Part shown: in pieces, positions 26,061 to 38,257 of the stretch
Layout: each line of letters begins with the position of its first letter
Numbering within the stretch: the first letter of the stretch is position 1
NCBI RefSeq assembly: GCF_037042905.1
Contig: NC_087251.1
Span: 31,622,001 to 31,686,000 of the forward strand
Source of the DNA: Lytechinus pictus
Lineage: Eukaryota
Reading direction: 5' to 3'
Length of the DNA: 64,000 nt
Program-made: the position numbers and the translations under genes
Notes under the pieces: generated by a model
Seen by the model: only the letters and a program-made list of their open reading frames with translations
Databases searched by the model: none
What the model was told of the DNA's origin: nothing

Positions 26061-28479
26061 TATCTCCTATTAATGCTAAGTGTGTGTGTGTCTCCCTGCT
26101 CATTACTGGCAGTTAATTACACATTTGATTTGTTTAAAGTACAGGCCTATTTAATTCATACATTATAATTGGTCTTACCCCCAAAGTGATTGACACACAC
26201 GGGGATCTTTTTTTTTTTTTGGGGGGGGGGCATCGGAAAACCAGTAACACAAGTTTTTTTGGCAGGTCTGGATAAGATATGCCAATGCATAAGTGACATT
26301 CTCTCTTTTTTTTAATTGTAGCACTTGTGTGATGTAAGATGGTGTGGTTTGAACTTAAACTACTTCTTTAATTTTTTTTCTTCTAGTTGTTGCAAGGAAC
26401 GAAATGCTAAAGCAACACCCTTCAAACATATGGACCACAATCCTCTTTAATGCTCTTCTTCCTTCTTATTTCTCTCTTTTTCCCCCTTTTTTTTTCTTCA
26501 CTTTTTCTTAGCTGCACTGGTGTTGACACATACTTAAAACAAAAATTATTTAGGGTAACTACACGAACACCTTCAAATTGAATATCGATATTCAGTCAAA
26601 ATGGCAAATAAATATGACAGCTCAAAGAAAACATGATTTTGAATGTTAGTTATCATAAACTTTATTATTTTCAAATCACCACAAAAAATTGCAATACTTA
26701 GCCCAAAGTACAATGATTGATTGATTGCACAATAATTTTTAACTTTCTGTGTGTTGTGACACTATAAAACATTTAATTTCATGTTGATTACATTTATATT
26801 AAAAAAAAAAAAAAGAATCAAGGCAGCAAGGGATATAGTCACAGATATCCTTCTCATTTTGCATTGATAATAATTGTTTTATCCAAATATGCCATGTCTA
26901 CAAAGAAATTTGCTGTATCAAAAACAGTATTGTCCTAAAAATATTTGAATCTAAAACATGAAATTTGATCTTAATGACTAAATGTATGCCCGATGTATAC
27001 ATATAAAGACATCACACAGGGAATGATAAGGCTAGAGTTTTGATATTTGACGCTCCACATTTGGCAAGAATATTGATAAAATTGACCAGTGTTTACTGTT
27101 GTTGTTTTTTTGTATAGTGGGTTGCCCAGATAGCTGACACTTATTAGATATTTTTCTATGTAATACAAAATCAATTCATTTACCTCATTTGGTAACATTG
27201 AAGAACCAAACCCTAGGTTAAGATTTCAATGTTGAGAATGCTACTGCCATCATTGGAAAAGCAGCACCTATGTTTTACTTCTGCTTTGCAGGTGAAATGA
27301 AAATTATTCTGCTGCAACAATTATAAGTAATACACATAGAGGTTTATGGTTGACCATATGGCTAGTCCTCAATTGGTGGAAAAGAACAAGAATGAGGAAT
27401 GAAAATGAAAGAGAGATGAAGTGGTCACTTTATCTCCCATTAAATCCCATTCCTCCATTGCTTTTTACTCCACCAACTCAAAGAGACTGTTTCAGGATTG
27501 ACCACATGTCAAAATGAGAATCTCCTTTACATTATAAGGATCATATAGCACCTTGTAAACATTCGAATATCAATAATTTATAGAGTTACTGAGCTCTTAA
27601 TCAAATGATATATCATTACTTTGTAATGAATAAAATCCTATCTTCATATACAAATTTAAAGTATACAATTATTTTGCAGCATATGCAGATGCACGTAATG
27701 GATTATTTAAATTATTAAATACTTGTGGGCTAATTATTACAATCAATAAAACATAATTTAGAATTGCAATTACATTACACACACCCAATCTCCCTCATAC
27801 AGCCACCCATTAATTAATTGTAATTAATAAAATCTTATCTTTTATATGCAAATTTAAAGTACACAATTCTTTTGCATCATATGCGGACACATGCAATTAA
27901 TTATTTGCAATTAAAACCATATTATTATTCCAATACTTGTAGACTGAATCAACAAGACGTAAGTTAGAATTGCATTTACGTTTCGCACACCCAATTTCCC
28001 TCATAATTCCACCTGTCAACACAGAAACCCAAATAAAAATTTGTGCCACTCCTGGTATTTTGCTGAATCAACGATACAGATACAGAAAGATTAACATGCA
28101 TACTACTCACATTCACAAATGGAAATAGAGCTTTAGAACTGCAATGCAACTTCTGTGGCATTCCTATTAGACACGAGATGTTGCTATTTGGAGGCAAAAG
28201 CCCTCCCTTCTCAATAATGTTCTAGGTCTTTATCATCTTGTCAGACTTATGTAGCATCACCCGAGCTGCATATGCTGGATGATGGTTATTCATTATAGCT
28301 CAATTTAATTCATTAAAAAGACAAATACCTAAAAATACACAGTGATAGAATAGGCATATAATGTGTAAGATTACAAGCATAACGCTGGAAATTTCATCAA
28401 AATCAGAGGTGAAATCAGAAATTAACGGAAAAAAAATCGCTAATTTTTCACAAAATTTTCATATGCAAAATTATAAATT

Positions 28480-28757
28480 GTATTACAGGCAAATAATCCC
28501 TCTTGGCTTGAGGTCTTTTACTGGCCTTACTTACACTAACTTCCCTTTGTGTCTGCCTACTTCTTTTCTTTTATCCCCTTCACTAACCTGATTGGTCTTC
28601 TCTACTCACTAATGCCCCTTTTGTCTCCTTGTTTCTAGTGTTGCTGTAGCTTGTTTGTGGTCTATATTATGGTTGTTCCACTTTATATGTTTGTCATTTT
28701 GCCTCCGACGAAGATTCTGCTAGGATCGAAAGCTTAGGCCCCTTTTTGACTTTCTAA
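28480..28757 (+). mobile_element. Penelope-like retroelement terminal-repeat fragment inserted in a Kolobok-like MITE
   Basis: Pyrimidine-rich block splitting a MITE related to 3866-4482; it ends in a hammerhead-like motif typical of PLE repeats. Confidence 0.55.
28701..28739 (+). ncRNA. Minimal type I hammerhead ribozyme-like motif (PLE type)
   Basis: GCCT-CCGACGA-A-GATTC tgcta GGATC-GAAA-GC-TT-AGGC: stem I GCCU/AGGC, CYGANGA core, stem II, GAAA, palindromic AAGCUU stem III. Confidence 0.55.
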
Positions 28758-28971
28758 TGCAAATAAGAGAGCGACTCTCATTTGATGTCACTCATTCACC
28801 ATTTGTTTTGTTTTTTATTGATGAATTATACATTTCAATTTTTACAGATTTGACAAGAAGGACCCTCTTGGCACAAAAACAGAGAATAAAAAATAAATAT
28901 GTGGAATTTAACAAAAATTTGACAAATTCAATTTTGGTAATCGCAGACAAATCACAAAGGGTTGCCAACAG

Positions 28972-29675
28972 AAAACAAGGTGGTTCACGAACCACAAGTC
29001 TCGCCTGATTTCGCACTCAATAAAACATGGAATATGATCTTTTGACCCTTAGATGACCTTTGACCTTATCACTATCATGAATACATGTGTAGTATTATTA
29101 CCCAATTATTTGTACCAAGTGTGATGCAGAAATTACGAAATGAGAGCAAGTTGAACAAAAGCTTTAAAAAAGTATGACGATCTCATACCATTCAACCTTT
29201 TGACCCCTAGATGAGCCCATACCAAGGGTATGTATGACATATTTGATGCAGAAATTAAGAAATGAGAGCAAGTTGGACAAAAACTTGACCTTTTGGTCCC
29301 TAGACGACCTTTGACCCCATCTTCCTCGACAACACACATGTTGTACTACCCAAGGATCATTTTGACCAAGTGTGATCAAAATTGATGAAGAAGTAAAGAA
29401 ATGAGAGCAAGTTGAACAAATACTTCAAAAAGGATGAACAGGACTTCATATCATTTGACCTTTTGACCCCTACATGACCTTCGAACCCATCATTCTCATG
29501 TGCTCACATGTGATATTACCCAAGGATCATATGTACAAGTATGAACATAATTGATGCTGAAATAAAGAAATGAGTGCAGGTTGAACAAAATTTTTGTAAC
29601 AGACTAACAGATTAACAAACAGACCAACAGGAAATGTGATTACTAGGTCTCTGCCGAACTTTGTACAGGCGAGAC
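28972..29675 (-). mobile_element. Helentron-associated element, second family
   Basis: Perfect hairpin GTGGTTC-AC-GAACCAC next to subTIR GTCTCGCCTG; matching CAGGCGAGAC at the other end; A-run flanks; internal GACCTTTGACC repeats. Confidence 0.8.
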
Positions 29676-31197
29676 AAAAATGATAAAAACATAATTAACC
29701 TGGGCAAAATACAAAAGGTAAAGCAAAATGGCTTCAAGAAGCAATTCACAAGCTCATATTACTTTTATATTTAAATTCAAAGAAGTTGAGTTAACAGCAA
29801 GATTAGAATCAATGGGTAAACTATTCCAGAGAGTGGGTCGAGTATATTTGAACCTATTGTTGAATAACACTGGGAAGCATACACACTTGATAATACAATG
29901 GTTCCCTCCTGTATAAACTAGGGCTGTGTTTTCCAAAGTTTCATCTTCACAAACTTGAAAGCAAGTTTACATAGTTCTACCACCAAGTTTCCACGTCAAA
30001 TAAGTCTGTAAAGCTGCCTAATAGGGCATTAATTAATCCCATAACTTGCTATACCTATACAGGTCTATGTGAACGCCACACACAGTAAGTTTGGAAGAAA
30101 AAAAAACTGCAACACACTTTTATCATGTTTCTATCAATAATTTGCTGGGCGTTGCATTTAATCTATTCATCAAAATATAGTGAAAGACACATAAGACATA
30201 TATGTGTAGTACATTGCAGACTATTGTCAAGCAATTAATTTCTTATCAAAAATGCATCTTATTATCAATTAGTGTCATATTATTCTAGGTTATGATCTGG
30301 AAGTTGAACATTTATGATCATACACCAATTCATGCTCTAAATAGAAAGATCACTGAAGGTGATTAAAACCCCTGTTATGGTTGTGCAATTTCCAAACCAT
30401 TTGAAATATGAATCATGCATGTTTTTACCCCGAAATGAACACTGGTTCCAACTTCCACAAGTACTGGTCAAAAACTCAGGAAGTAGTTTGATCCCTAATG
30501 AGTTTCCCCTGAGGCTTCAACAATAAGCACATTTAGGCAGGTTGTGAAAAGTATCCCCCCCAAAAAAAAAAAATTTAAATGACTGCTGTGTATAAATGGG
30601 GCCAGTTCAGTATGACACACAAAAAAACTGCTAATAGTGTCACATTAGGTGAGCTACAACATAAAAGAGGGGTGTGGCTTCAACAAGCATGACAAGCTCA
30701 TCATCAAAGATTCACATTTCTTTAGAACCCTGATCAAATAAAGTAAATGAAAGAAGTCTGCAAAAATAATATTTTCAGGCACCAACCTATCACCCGTTAT
30801 AAAAACCTGGAATCTTGAACAAGTGTCAAGCAAGTCACAATAAATGGCACCAACATCTCATTAAGTCAAAGTCGGTAGTATAATATTGATCTTAACTACT
30901 GTACTTAAATGCTGTATTGTAGTGCAATGTAGGTGGGTTTTAAATTCCCCAATCCTTTTAAGGCCTCCATCAATTTCAAGCTCCAAGCTTGAGATGGCGG
31001 TCTCCCACATTTTAATTGAAGATATCATATATATACCGGTATATATATATTTTTAGTTAATATACAGGTTTTAAAAAAGATAAAATTTCTAGGAATAATC
31101 AATATTACAATAATGTTACTTATATGTCAAACAATATATTGCAAAGTGTTTGCTTATTGATATACCAATGTTTAAAAATGATTATACTTGTATAAAC

Positions 31198-31203
31198 TTT
31201 TAT
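31198..31203 (-). promoter_or_regulatory. Candidate polyadenylation signal (AATAAA) of the GH31 gene
   Basis: TTTATT on + strand ~580 nt downstream of the stop codon; AT-rich context makes it non-unique. Confidence 0.35.
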
Positions 31204-31780
31204 TATTGAAAAGTAGAAATAGAATAAACTCAACTCAAATGTAGTGTACAATAATGCACATTGTAAAAAAACTACTTCTGTACAATTTTGCAAAATTACC
31301 CGATATTTTACTGGCTGACTAAAAACAAGAAACTGTAGCTAATAATTTTTGAGGTATTTTGTTCCAAACTAAGAATACCCTGTTAAAAAGACAATGATGA
31401 AGATCAATTTCCTTAATACCACTTCCTTTTTAAAATTAGTATTGCTCAACACACAGTAGGAAAATGCACAATGTAAAAAGTATGCTGGAAAGTACAAGGA
31501 AAAAAAATAAAACATTGCTGCTCGACAAATTGAAAAAATATATTCATTTTTAGTTGAATGAAATGATGAAAGTGAAAATGTCATGTGATTTATGACTTGA
31601 TATTGATGATTAGAATGATAGGACAGTAAAATGTAAAATGAGTATTTGAAGGATAATATCTGTGCAGTAAGTAGTACATAGTACATATTTCAAGAGCATT
31701 TCAAGGAATTCAAACTTCATTATGTCACTGATAAACATCACAAAATCAAATTGTTGTGACAAATCGATAAAGATAAATGT

Positions 31781-33052
31781 CTATGAGCATGGTTTATCTT
31801 TTAAGCAGTGCCCATTCTCAAAATCAAAATTATTCCAGATATCCCTAACTTCTTCGAACAGGTCTGCCCATTGTGACTTACGTCGATAGAAGACAGGGAT
31901 TTTACCAATGGGCGCTTCGACCGTTACGGTCTCACCACCCATAGATGTAATGGTCTCATCCCACAGGAAGACCCAGTCATCGGGAGGAAGGTAGACGTCC
32001 CAGGTTTCCACTTTTGATTCATACACAGGGGCAACAAGCAGATCAGGACCAAACATGTACTGGTACTTCACGCTGTAAGAATTAGGGTCAGACTCGTAAT
32101 GCAAGAAGAGTGGTCGCTGGACAGGTATGCCGTGTTCTGCATTTTCTTGGATGACCACGCGCCTGTACTTGTTCAGAGAACAGAAAATATGTGTATGATA
32201 GGCAAGCTGGGAGAGGGTGCGTTCGTTGGAGTAGAACTGGAGATTTTCGTCAGGGCGATTGCCCTCGTGGGTTCGCATCATGGTTGAAAAGGCGGCCATT
32301 TCTCCGTACCTGAATAGCAGTTCTTCGGTGCGTGTGTAGTTGAAGAGAGAGGTGAATGCTCCAATGTCGAAATGAAACAATCCAAAACCTGACAAACCAA
32401 GAGACAGGGCAGCTGGAATGACGGAGGCAATGCCATCACTCAAACTAAAATCAACAAACTGATCCCCTGCCCATGTCATTACACCATACTTCTGAGCACC
32501 GCTGAACCCTGCTCGCATCCAGTAAAGAACTTCTCCCAACATGCCGGCTTCCTCTATTCCTTCCCTGTTGACTTGAGCCCACAGTGTTGGCCATACATTG
32601 TGTAGTTCCATACCTGACTTACCATTGCTGAAATAGGCATCAGTTGGTAAATACTCCCCAAAGTCTGCCATCCACCCACTGATTCCCAATTCCAATACAT
32701 TCTTCTTGATGATACGGTCTTTGTACCACTGAGCAGCTTGAGGGTTGGTGATGTCTACAATGCCACAGATGAACTCGCCATAGTCCAATAGATAAGACTT
32801 TCCATCTTTGTCCAGGATAAGATAGCCAAGATTTTCAGCTTCCTTGAAGAGGTTCCCTTCCTGATTGAGATTGAGATTTATGTAAACCAAAACCTGGATA
32901 CCTTGTTCTTTGAGCTCAGCGATAACTGTATCAAGGCCTGGGTAGTGTTTGGAATCCCACTCCCAGTTCCAGAAGATGCGCCTCCCAAAGGAAGTCTTGA
33001 TTCGTCCTGCCCAGTCTTGGATCCAAACAGCACTGACCTTTATGCCACTGTC
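31781..33052 (-). CDS. yihQ: Sulfoquinovosidase-like gene, terminal exon 4 (423 aa + stop; catalytic barrel and C-terminal domain)
   Basis: Acceptor CTCTTAG|GAC; open frame through the GH31 catalytic motifs to TAG at 31783-31781. Confidence 0.95.
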   Translation of the reverse strand, partial: DSGIKVSAVWIQDWAGRIKTSFGRRIFWNWEWDSKHYPGLDTVIAELKEQGIQVLVYINLNLNQEGNLFKEAENLGYLILDKDGKSYLLDYGEFICGIVDITNPQAAQWYKDRIIKKNVLELGISGWMADFGEYLPTDAYFSNGKSGMELHNVWPTLWAQVNREGIEEAGMLGEVLYWMRAGFSGAQKYGVMTWAGDQFVDFSLSDGIASVIPAALSLGLSGFGLFHFDIGAFTSLFNYTRTEELLFRYGEMAAFSTMMRTHEGNRPDENLQFYSNERTLSQLAYHTHIFCSLNKYRRVVIQENAEHGIPVQRPLFLHYESDPNSYSVKYQYMFGPDLLVAPVYESKVETWDVYLPPDDWVFLWDETITSMGGETVTVEAPIGKIPVFYRRKSQWADLFEEVRDIWNNFDFENGHCLKDKPCS

Positions 33053-36000
33053 CTAAGAGCAAAAAAAAAAAAATCATAAAGAAGTCTTTGATTGATAGAG
33101 AAATGTGTTAAAAAAGTTAACAAATGGATGACAAGAAAAAAGTTGCTTCTAAATGATTCAACAACAACAACAAAATTCTAGTGGTTTATTTCTCTTGGTG
33201 ATGCTATTGATAAACCTGCTACATGTTCTTCACTTTTGGGGAGGGGCATGAAAGTGATCTTTCAGTCATGATGGGGAGACAATAGAATGTTCCAAGTTTG
33301 AAATGTAATCAAACATACCATACATTTAAGTTATCAAAAGATATATAAGTTTCTTGAGTAGTTTGAATGTCATCTGAAATGAAAGCTGTTCCAATGTTAT
33401 AACATTTACCATTGCCATTTTCAAGTATGTCAGCATTCTTTCTGTACCGCCCTGTAGACCAAGAACCACTCCGTTGTACACCCAGTCCGGGACAGGTGGC
33501 TGTCTACCCTGGAAGCCTGTAAACTGACTGACGACATCCACATAAGATGGCCCGGTGAAGAAATGGACCTTCCCTGGGGAACCATTCAGAATGTACACCT
33601 CGTGGAAGTCATCGAAGCGGAAGTCAAACTCTGCATAGCTTGTGGTTGTAAAATGGGCGTAGTACTTTCTGGATGAAAGGAAGGTTGGTTGAGCCCAGTA
33701 GGTTGTGTAGTAATCGCCTCCACCATTATCATTGTTGTTGGAAAGCAGTGTTATCAGTGAACTCTTGTTCCTACCAACTCCCTATAGATAACAGCAAGCA
33801 TTGAAAACATATAATTAATTATAAAATAAACAACAACAGAAAATGTTAATAATGTAGAGAATAGAGTACTCTTTTAAATATGGACCATTCACATTAATTT
33901 TGAACATGATTACTATGTGATGAGGAGCATTTTATCTGACAGGTTGTCTGAGCTGACAGCTTTCCTTTATTTTGATTGGCTAAGAATCATTGTTACTATG
34001 GCAACTGTTGGACAAATCACTTTGTCAGACAAAGCATCTAACAGGTCACTGCATAAAATGCTTACCTGATTCATAACCACCAACTCATGGGTAAAAATTG
34101 CAATATCTATATAAACTTAAAATAACATAAAATGTCAATAAAAAATTAAAAACATAGATTTTTGTGAAATCTAGATATGAAAACCCATATAGACTACGTT
34201 ATTTTCTATTTTACAAATTTTTTCTGCAATAACATGATGCATAGCCGAGACCTTGGGAGATAACAGTTCCCCTAGGACTAATAAGAATAAAAATAACCTA
34301 GGGGGTATATCATAAAAGATAAGATCACAACAAAATAAATATGATCGAAATTTATAATTGACTGTAAATTTTTGTACATTGTTTGCTATCAACTTATACC
34401 GGTACTCATTGTAGCGGCATGAATATAATTTGGTATATATACTCAACTGGTATTACATATTGTGTGGGGTAGTGAGGTCTCCTAGCTCAGGCATGAGATC
34501 ATTCGGTTATTACTCTATGATTGTATTATGTTATTATAAACATATCCACTAGCGTATCCAGCATCAACTACGACAAAGAAATGTATGGGCCCATGCACAA
34601 GCATAATAGAGTCACTATTGTCCACTATTGTCCCCAGACAATTGGGCATGAAATGCTTTGTAGGATCTGATGCTGGATACACACCTGATATCTGAATACT
34701 GTTTGGTTTAGTTTAGGAATCACATATATGATTCATCATAGTTTACCGTTAGTTAACCAGTTCTTGTTATTAATTGTCTGTTAAATATTTTCTGTTTACT
34801 TATATCAATTTCAATAATATTTGCTTTAAGATAACTAAGGTCATTAAAGAAGGGGTGATGATGTTTATTCATTACATTACAATTATTAGGCCAACAAGTT
34901 AATGAATTTATATTGCACAAATTCAGATTAATTATCATATAAATTACAATCATTGATTACCAATCATTATTGTTTACCAAACAACAGTCATTCAACTCAA
35001 ATACTATATTATTCAGGTTTCCTTTAATCATGTTAATATCCTTATCCATTGTACATTTCATTAGTATCATTGAGACTTATTCCTAGTGGGTATATTTGAA
35101 GTTATTTACAAGTTGTTCAGTCATTTTTTAATTATGTTATTGTTGAAAAATGAATATTAACACTGTGTTTATGTTGGTTTGTTAAGCGAACTGCACTGGT
35201 TGTTGACAGTTGATGCTTGTCGCTGGTTAAAAGGTTTCTTCGCTTGTCATTGGCTATGTCGACCTAGAAACTTCATTACAAGGCCATATTTGGTGTCAAG
35301 CTGTTGACTTATGCGTCATCATTATTACGGAAGAAGTTGAAGAAGGAATAAACAGACAAGTAACTGTAAAGCCGTTGTTTGAGTCTTCAATTAGCGTGTT
35401 CGAACTAAGCAATTAAGAATTTCCATGTGTAGTTTAAGAAAGGCAGCCAAACTTATGCTACAGGATCCTGGACTATTAAGGTAAATTTATTTCTAACAAT
35501 TCTCTATCATAAGGAGACAAAACTCACCTGCTCTTGAACCCAGAGAGGGAAAGTGCGCCCTCTCATGTCAAAGTATGTAAACTGCTCCCCACCTCCATAC
35601 ACCTTTTCTCCCTCTTCGGCATAAAGGCGGATCCATACTCTGTCAACATAAGATGGAATCCCAGCAAACTCAAGGTACATAGCTTCTGGGGAGGACACAA
35701 AGTCCACAGCAACAGCTCCCTGAAGATAACAAAATAATAACAATTCTACAATTTATTCATTAGAATAAAAATAATAAAACACTAGTATTAAATGCATGTA
35801 GCAATCTAACAATGCATTTTAAGAGCAGAAAATAATTTTGAATATTATGCCTTATTTCAGAGCACTATTTCAGACCAGAATATGCAAAGCATTTATTTAT
35901 TCCAATTTGATTTTTGCCAAAGTCAAAGAGATTAGTGTAGTTGCACAAGATTTGCCTAAGGCACAGTCACCTGTATGTTCATGATTGCACACATTCAAAT

Positions 36001-36634
36001 CCACTGTGGTGCTGATATACTTTCATGAAAATGGCTAGCGGACAAGAAGCATTGATTTTGTTGCAAAACAATTAGAGCTGAATTAGGGTCCACATGTAAC
36101 TTTGGCATGTATGGCAAACATGTTTAGGTAAATATGCAATCTGGTGAAATTCCGTACAAATAAAATGATTTTTTCAACAATTCATCTTGCAATTTCATTA
36201 TAAATACTAAGAGTAGCAGAAGAATCAGTGAATCCAAAGGAAGCATTTAAATTAAATAATGAAAATTGCTTGATCTGTCATGATGTCTATTACTTTACCT
36301 GTTCATCACACCCTGAAACACTGAACGTGACCCTCTGTGTAACAATGTTTTGTTCTCCTCTTTCTTCCTTTCCAACAAAGAATTTCTGCAATGGGATCCT
36401 GCTTTTAACAAAATCGTTGATTTTGTAATTACCATGCAGACTGCAAGTTGTGACTGATCCTGTGCCGATGAAAATGAAGGGAGAAGGTGGTTTGTGGTCT
36501 ATGATCAGGACATCATTGGCTCTCACGGACAGGCGGTTGTCACTTTCATCAAAATGAAATGAACCGCAAGAAGCCAAAGAGGCACAGGTGGTAAAAGCGA
36601 AGACTATCGTGCAAACTTTGTTGATAAGACCCAT
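31781..36634 (-). CDS. yihQ: GH31 sulfoquinovosidase-like (YihQ-like) glycosidase with signal peptide; spliced CDS join(36634-36299,35719-35528,33781-33410,33052-31781), 723 aa
   Basis: Four exons join in frame with GT-AG phase-0 introns. Motifs match E. coli YihQ as recalled: YGGGEQFTYFDMRG, PLWVQEQ/GVGRNK, GGDYYTTYWAQPTF, GRQPPVPDW, GLQGG, WIQDW..SFGRRIFWNW, GWMADFGEYLP (nucleophile, 32665-32663), WAGDQ (acid/base, 32464-32462), MMRTHEGNRP, RPLFLHY, QYMFGPDLLVAPV, APIGKIPVFYR. Kozak ACCATGG; hydrophobic N-terminus. Confidence 0.93.
33410..33781 (-). CDS. yihQ: Sulfoquinovosidase-like gene, coding exon 3 (124 aa)
   Basis: Acceptor CTATAG|GGA, donor ATG|GTAAAT; encodes GVGRNKSS...GGDYYTTYWAQPTF...GRQPPVPDWVYNGVVLGLQGGTE. 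Confidence 0.93.
35528..35719 (-). CDS. yihQ: Sulfoquinovosidase-like gene, coding exon 2 (64 aa)
   Basis: Acceptor TTCAG|GGA, donor CAG|GTGAGT; encodes RVWIRLYAEEGEKVYGGGEQFTYFDMRGRTFPLWVQEQ. Confidence 0.92.
36299..36634 (-). CDS. yihQ: Sulfoquinovosidase-like gene, coding exon 1 (112 aa, signal peptide MGLINKVCTIVFAFTTCASLASCG)
   Basis: ATG in ACCATGG context; donor CAG|GTAAAG at 36299/36298. An acceptor-like TTTGCAG near 36649 suggests an upstream 5' UTR intron. Confidence 0.85.
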
Positions 36635-38257
36635 GGTGACTGTGTAATCTGCAAATTTTTGTGCAAAACAAATTGAATTTCAAGATCATTATTAGTTTGT
36701 TTTTTGTTTCAATCTGCATTACGTTTCCCAACGAGGGGCACTCAACTCTTATGGTATAAACATGCATGACAGAGAAACAAGACATGTAAAATGGGCAGCT
36801 TTTCTGGTAAAGACCTTATGTGCATCTACATGTAGGTGTCAAAGGTTGTTTTTTTTTAATTAGAAAATTGGTTCATTCACTCACTTTTCCCCCAAGTAAG
36901 TATGGCATTTCATAGAATAGAGAAGCATGATTTGTAAACTTGTAAAGAACATAAAATACACACAGAAAGCAGAGGGAATTCAATTTCATATGTTCTCATG
37001 AGAATAGCATGGCAAAAAACATATTTCTCATTGTTGTATGAATGAGGTGGAGAAACAGAGTGAAAACCCATATTTTCAGAAACATTTAAGTTCTTTAAAG
37101 TAACAGTAGCCTATACAATAATACATTCATGCAAGTGCCAATAAGCACACTAGGCTTTAAAAAAAAGGCACAAATGGAAAATGAGGAATTTCATTGACAT
37201 TGATGAGAATTAAATCTTGTTTTAAGTCAATACATTCTGTAACCAAAACTAAACGGTATAGATATATTGTTTAATTTTCTTTCATTTAAGAAATATTATG
37301 CCTTGTGATATTGTCATTGGCATTCAATGTGATTTGTGTCTGGAGACAATAGTTGTACATTAAATATAAATAATGAATATATTGTTTATATACTATCATT
37401 CTGATCAACATAATTATTAAGCCCATATCAGTAGAATATATAGTCTATAGCATCCATGAGCTGCAACAGGGATTATTTCTTCAAGGATCCAGGTTTAAGT
37501 TTCAGTTGTGTTTTAATCATTTTCACTGACATTCCTTTATGATTGAAATTAATATTATCAACATTATTATTGTTGTTGTTAATACTATCATTATTCTTAT
37601 CATCAGTAGTACTACTTTTATTAATGCAAATATATATATATATATTATTATTACTGTTTATATACATTGTACTCTTTGCAACAAAAGGGGTCACATTTTT
37701 CCCCACTTGTAATTGTATACCTTCTCAGTGTCATCATAAATGCCTGCATTTTAATTTTATTTATAATTTTAAGTGAGTTTTGCTGTAGATTTCTCCTGTA
37801 TGTCTCAACTCTCAACCTTACCTTCTCTCTACCCTTTTTAACCCTAATTTTGCTTTCAAATAATTCCCAATGGAACACAACATGCCATCATGTACCCTGC
37901 TTTTAAATCCTTCATAAACCCACTAGTGCATTCAGACAGAAAGGGATGGTTGTTTCACAAACTTTCAAGGATTCTCAATTGAAAACAACACTGCTCACTG
38001 CACAGTAGGTCCACAAAAGACTGACAATAGATAAAAGGTTTAATATTATGAGAGTATTTTTCTTCTCACTAGACAGAATACGCAGAAAAGACCACTGTTG
38101 AAGACTGGTTAGGGCTTACAAGTTACAATTTATGTGATAGATATGTTGCTTGAAAGACTCTAAACTGGGATATCTGAGTTCCAGGCATTTGATACTGACC
38201 TACATATATAAGTATGAAATTAGATGAATGAAGAAAAATAAAAACAAAATGAAAAAT

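Noticed and set aside
31781..32890. Bacterial contamination or a single-exon gene starting at the ORF-track start
   Set aside because: The frame extends upstream to a splice acceptor at 33052 and joins three more exons; the TTG start is an internal Leu.
34500..35500. Possible solo LTR in intron 2 of the GH31 gene (TG...CA candidates, AATAAA)
   Set aside because: No convincing TSD or second copy could be identified.
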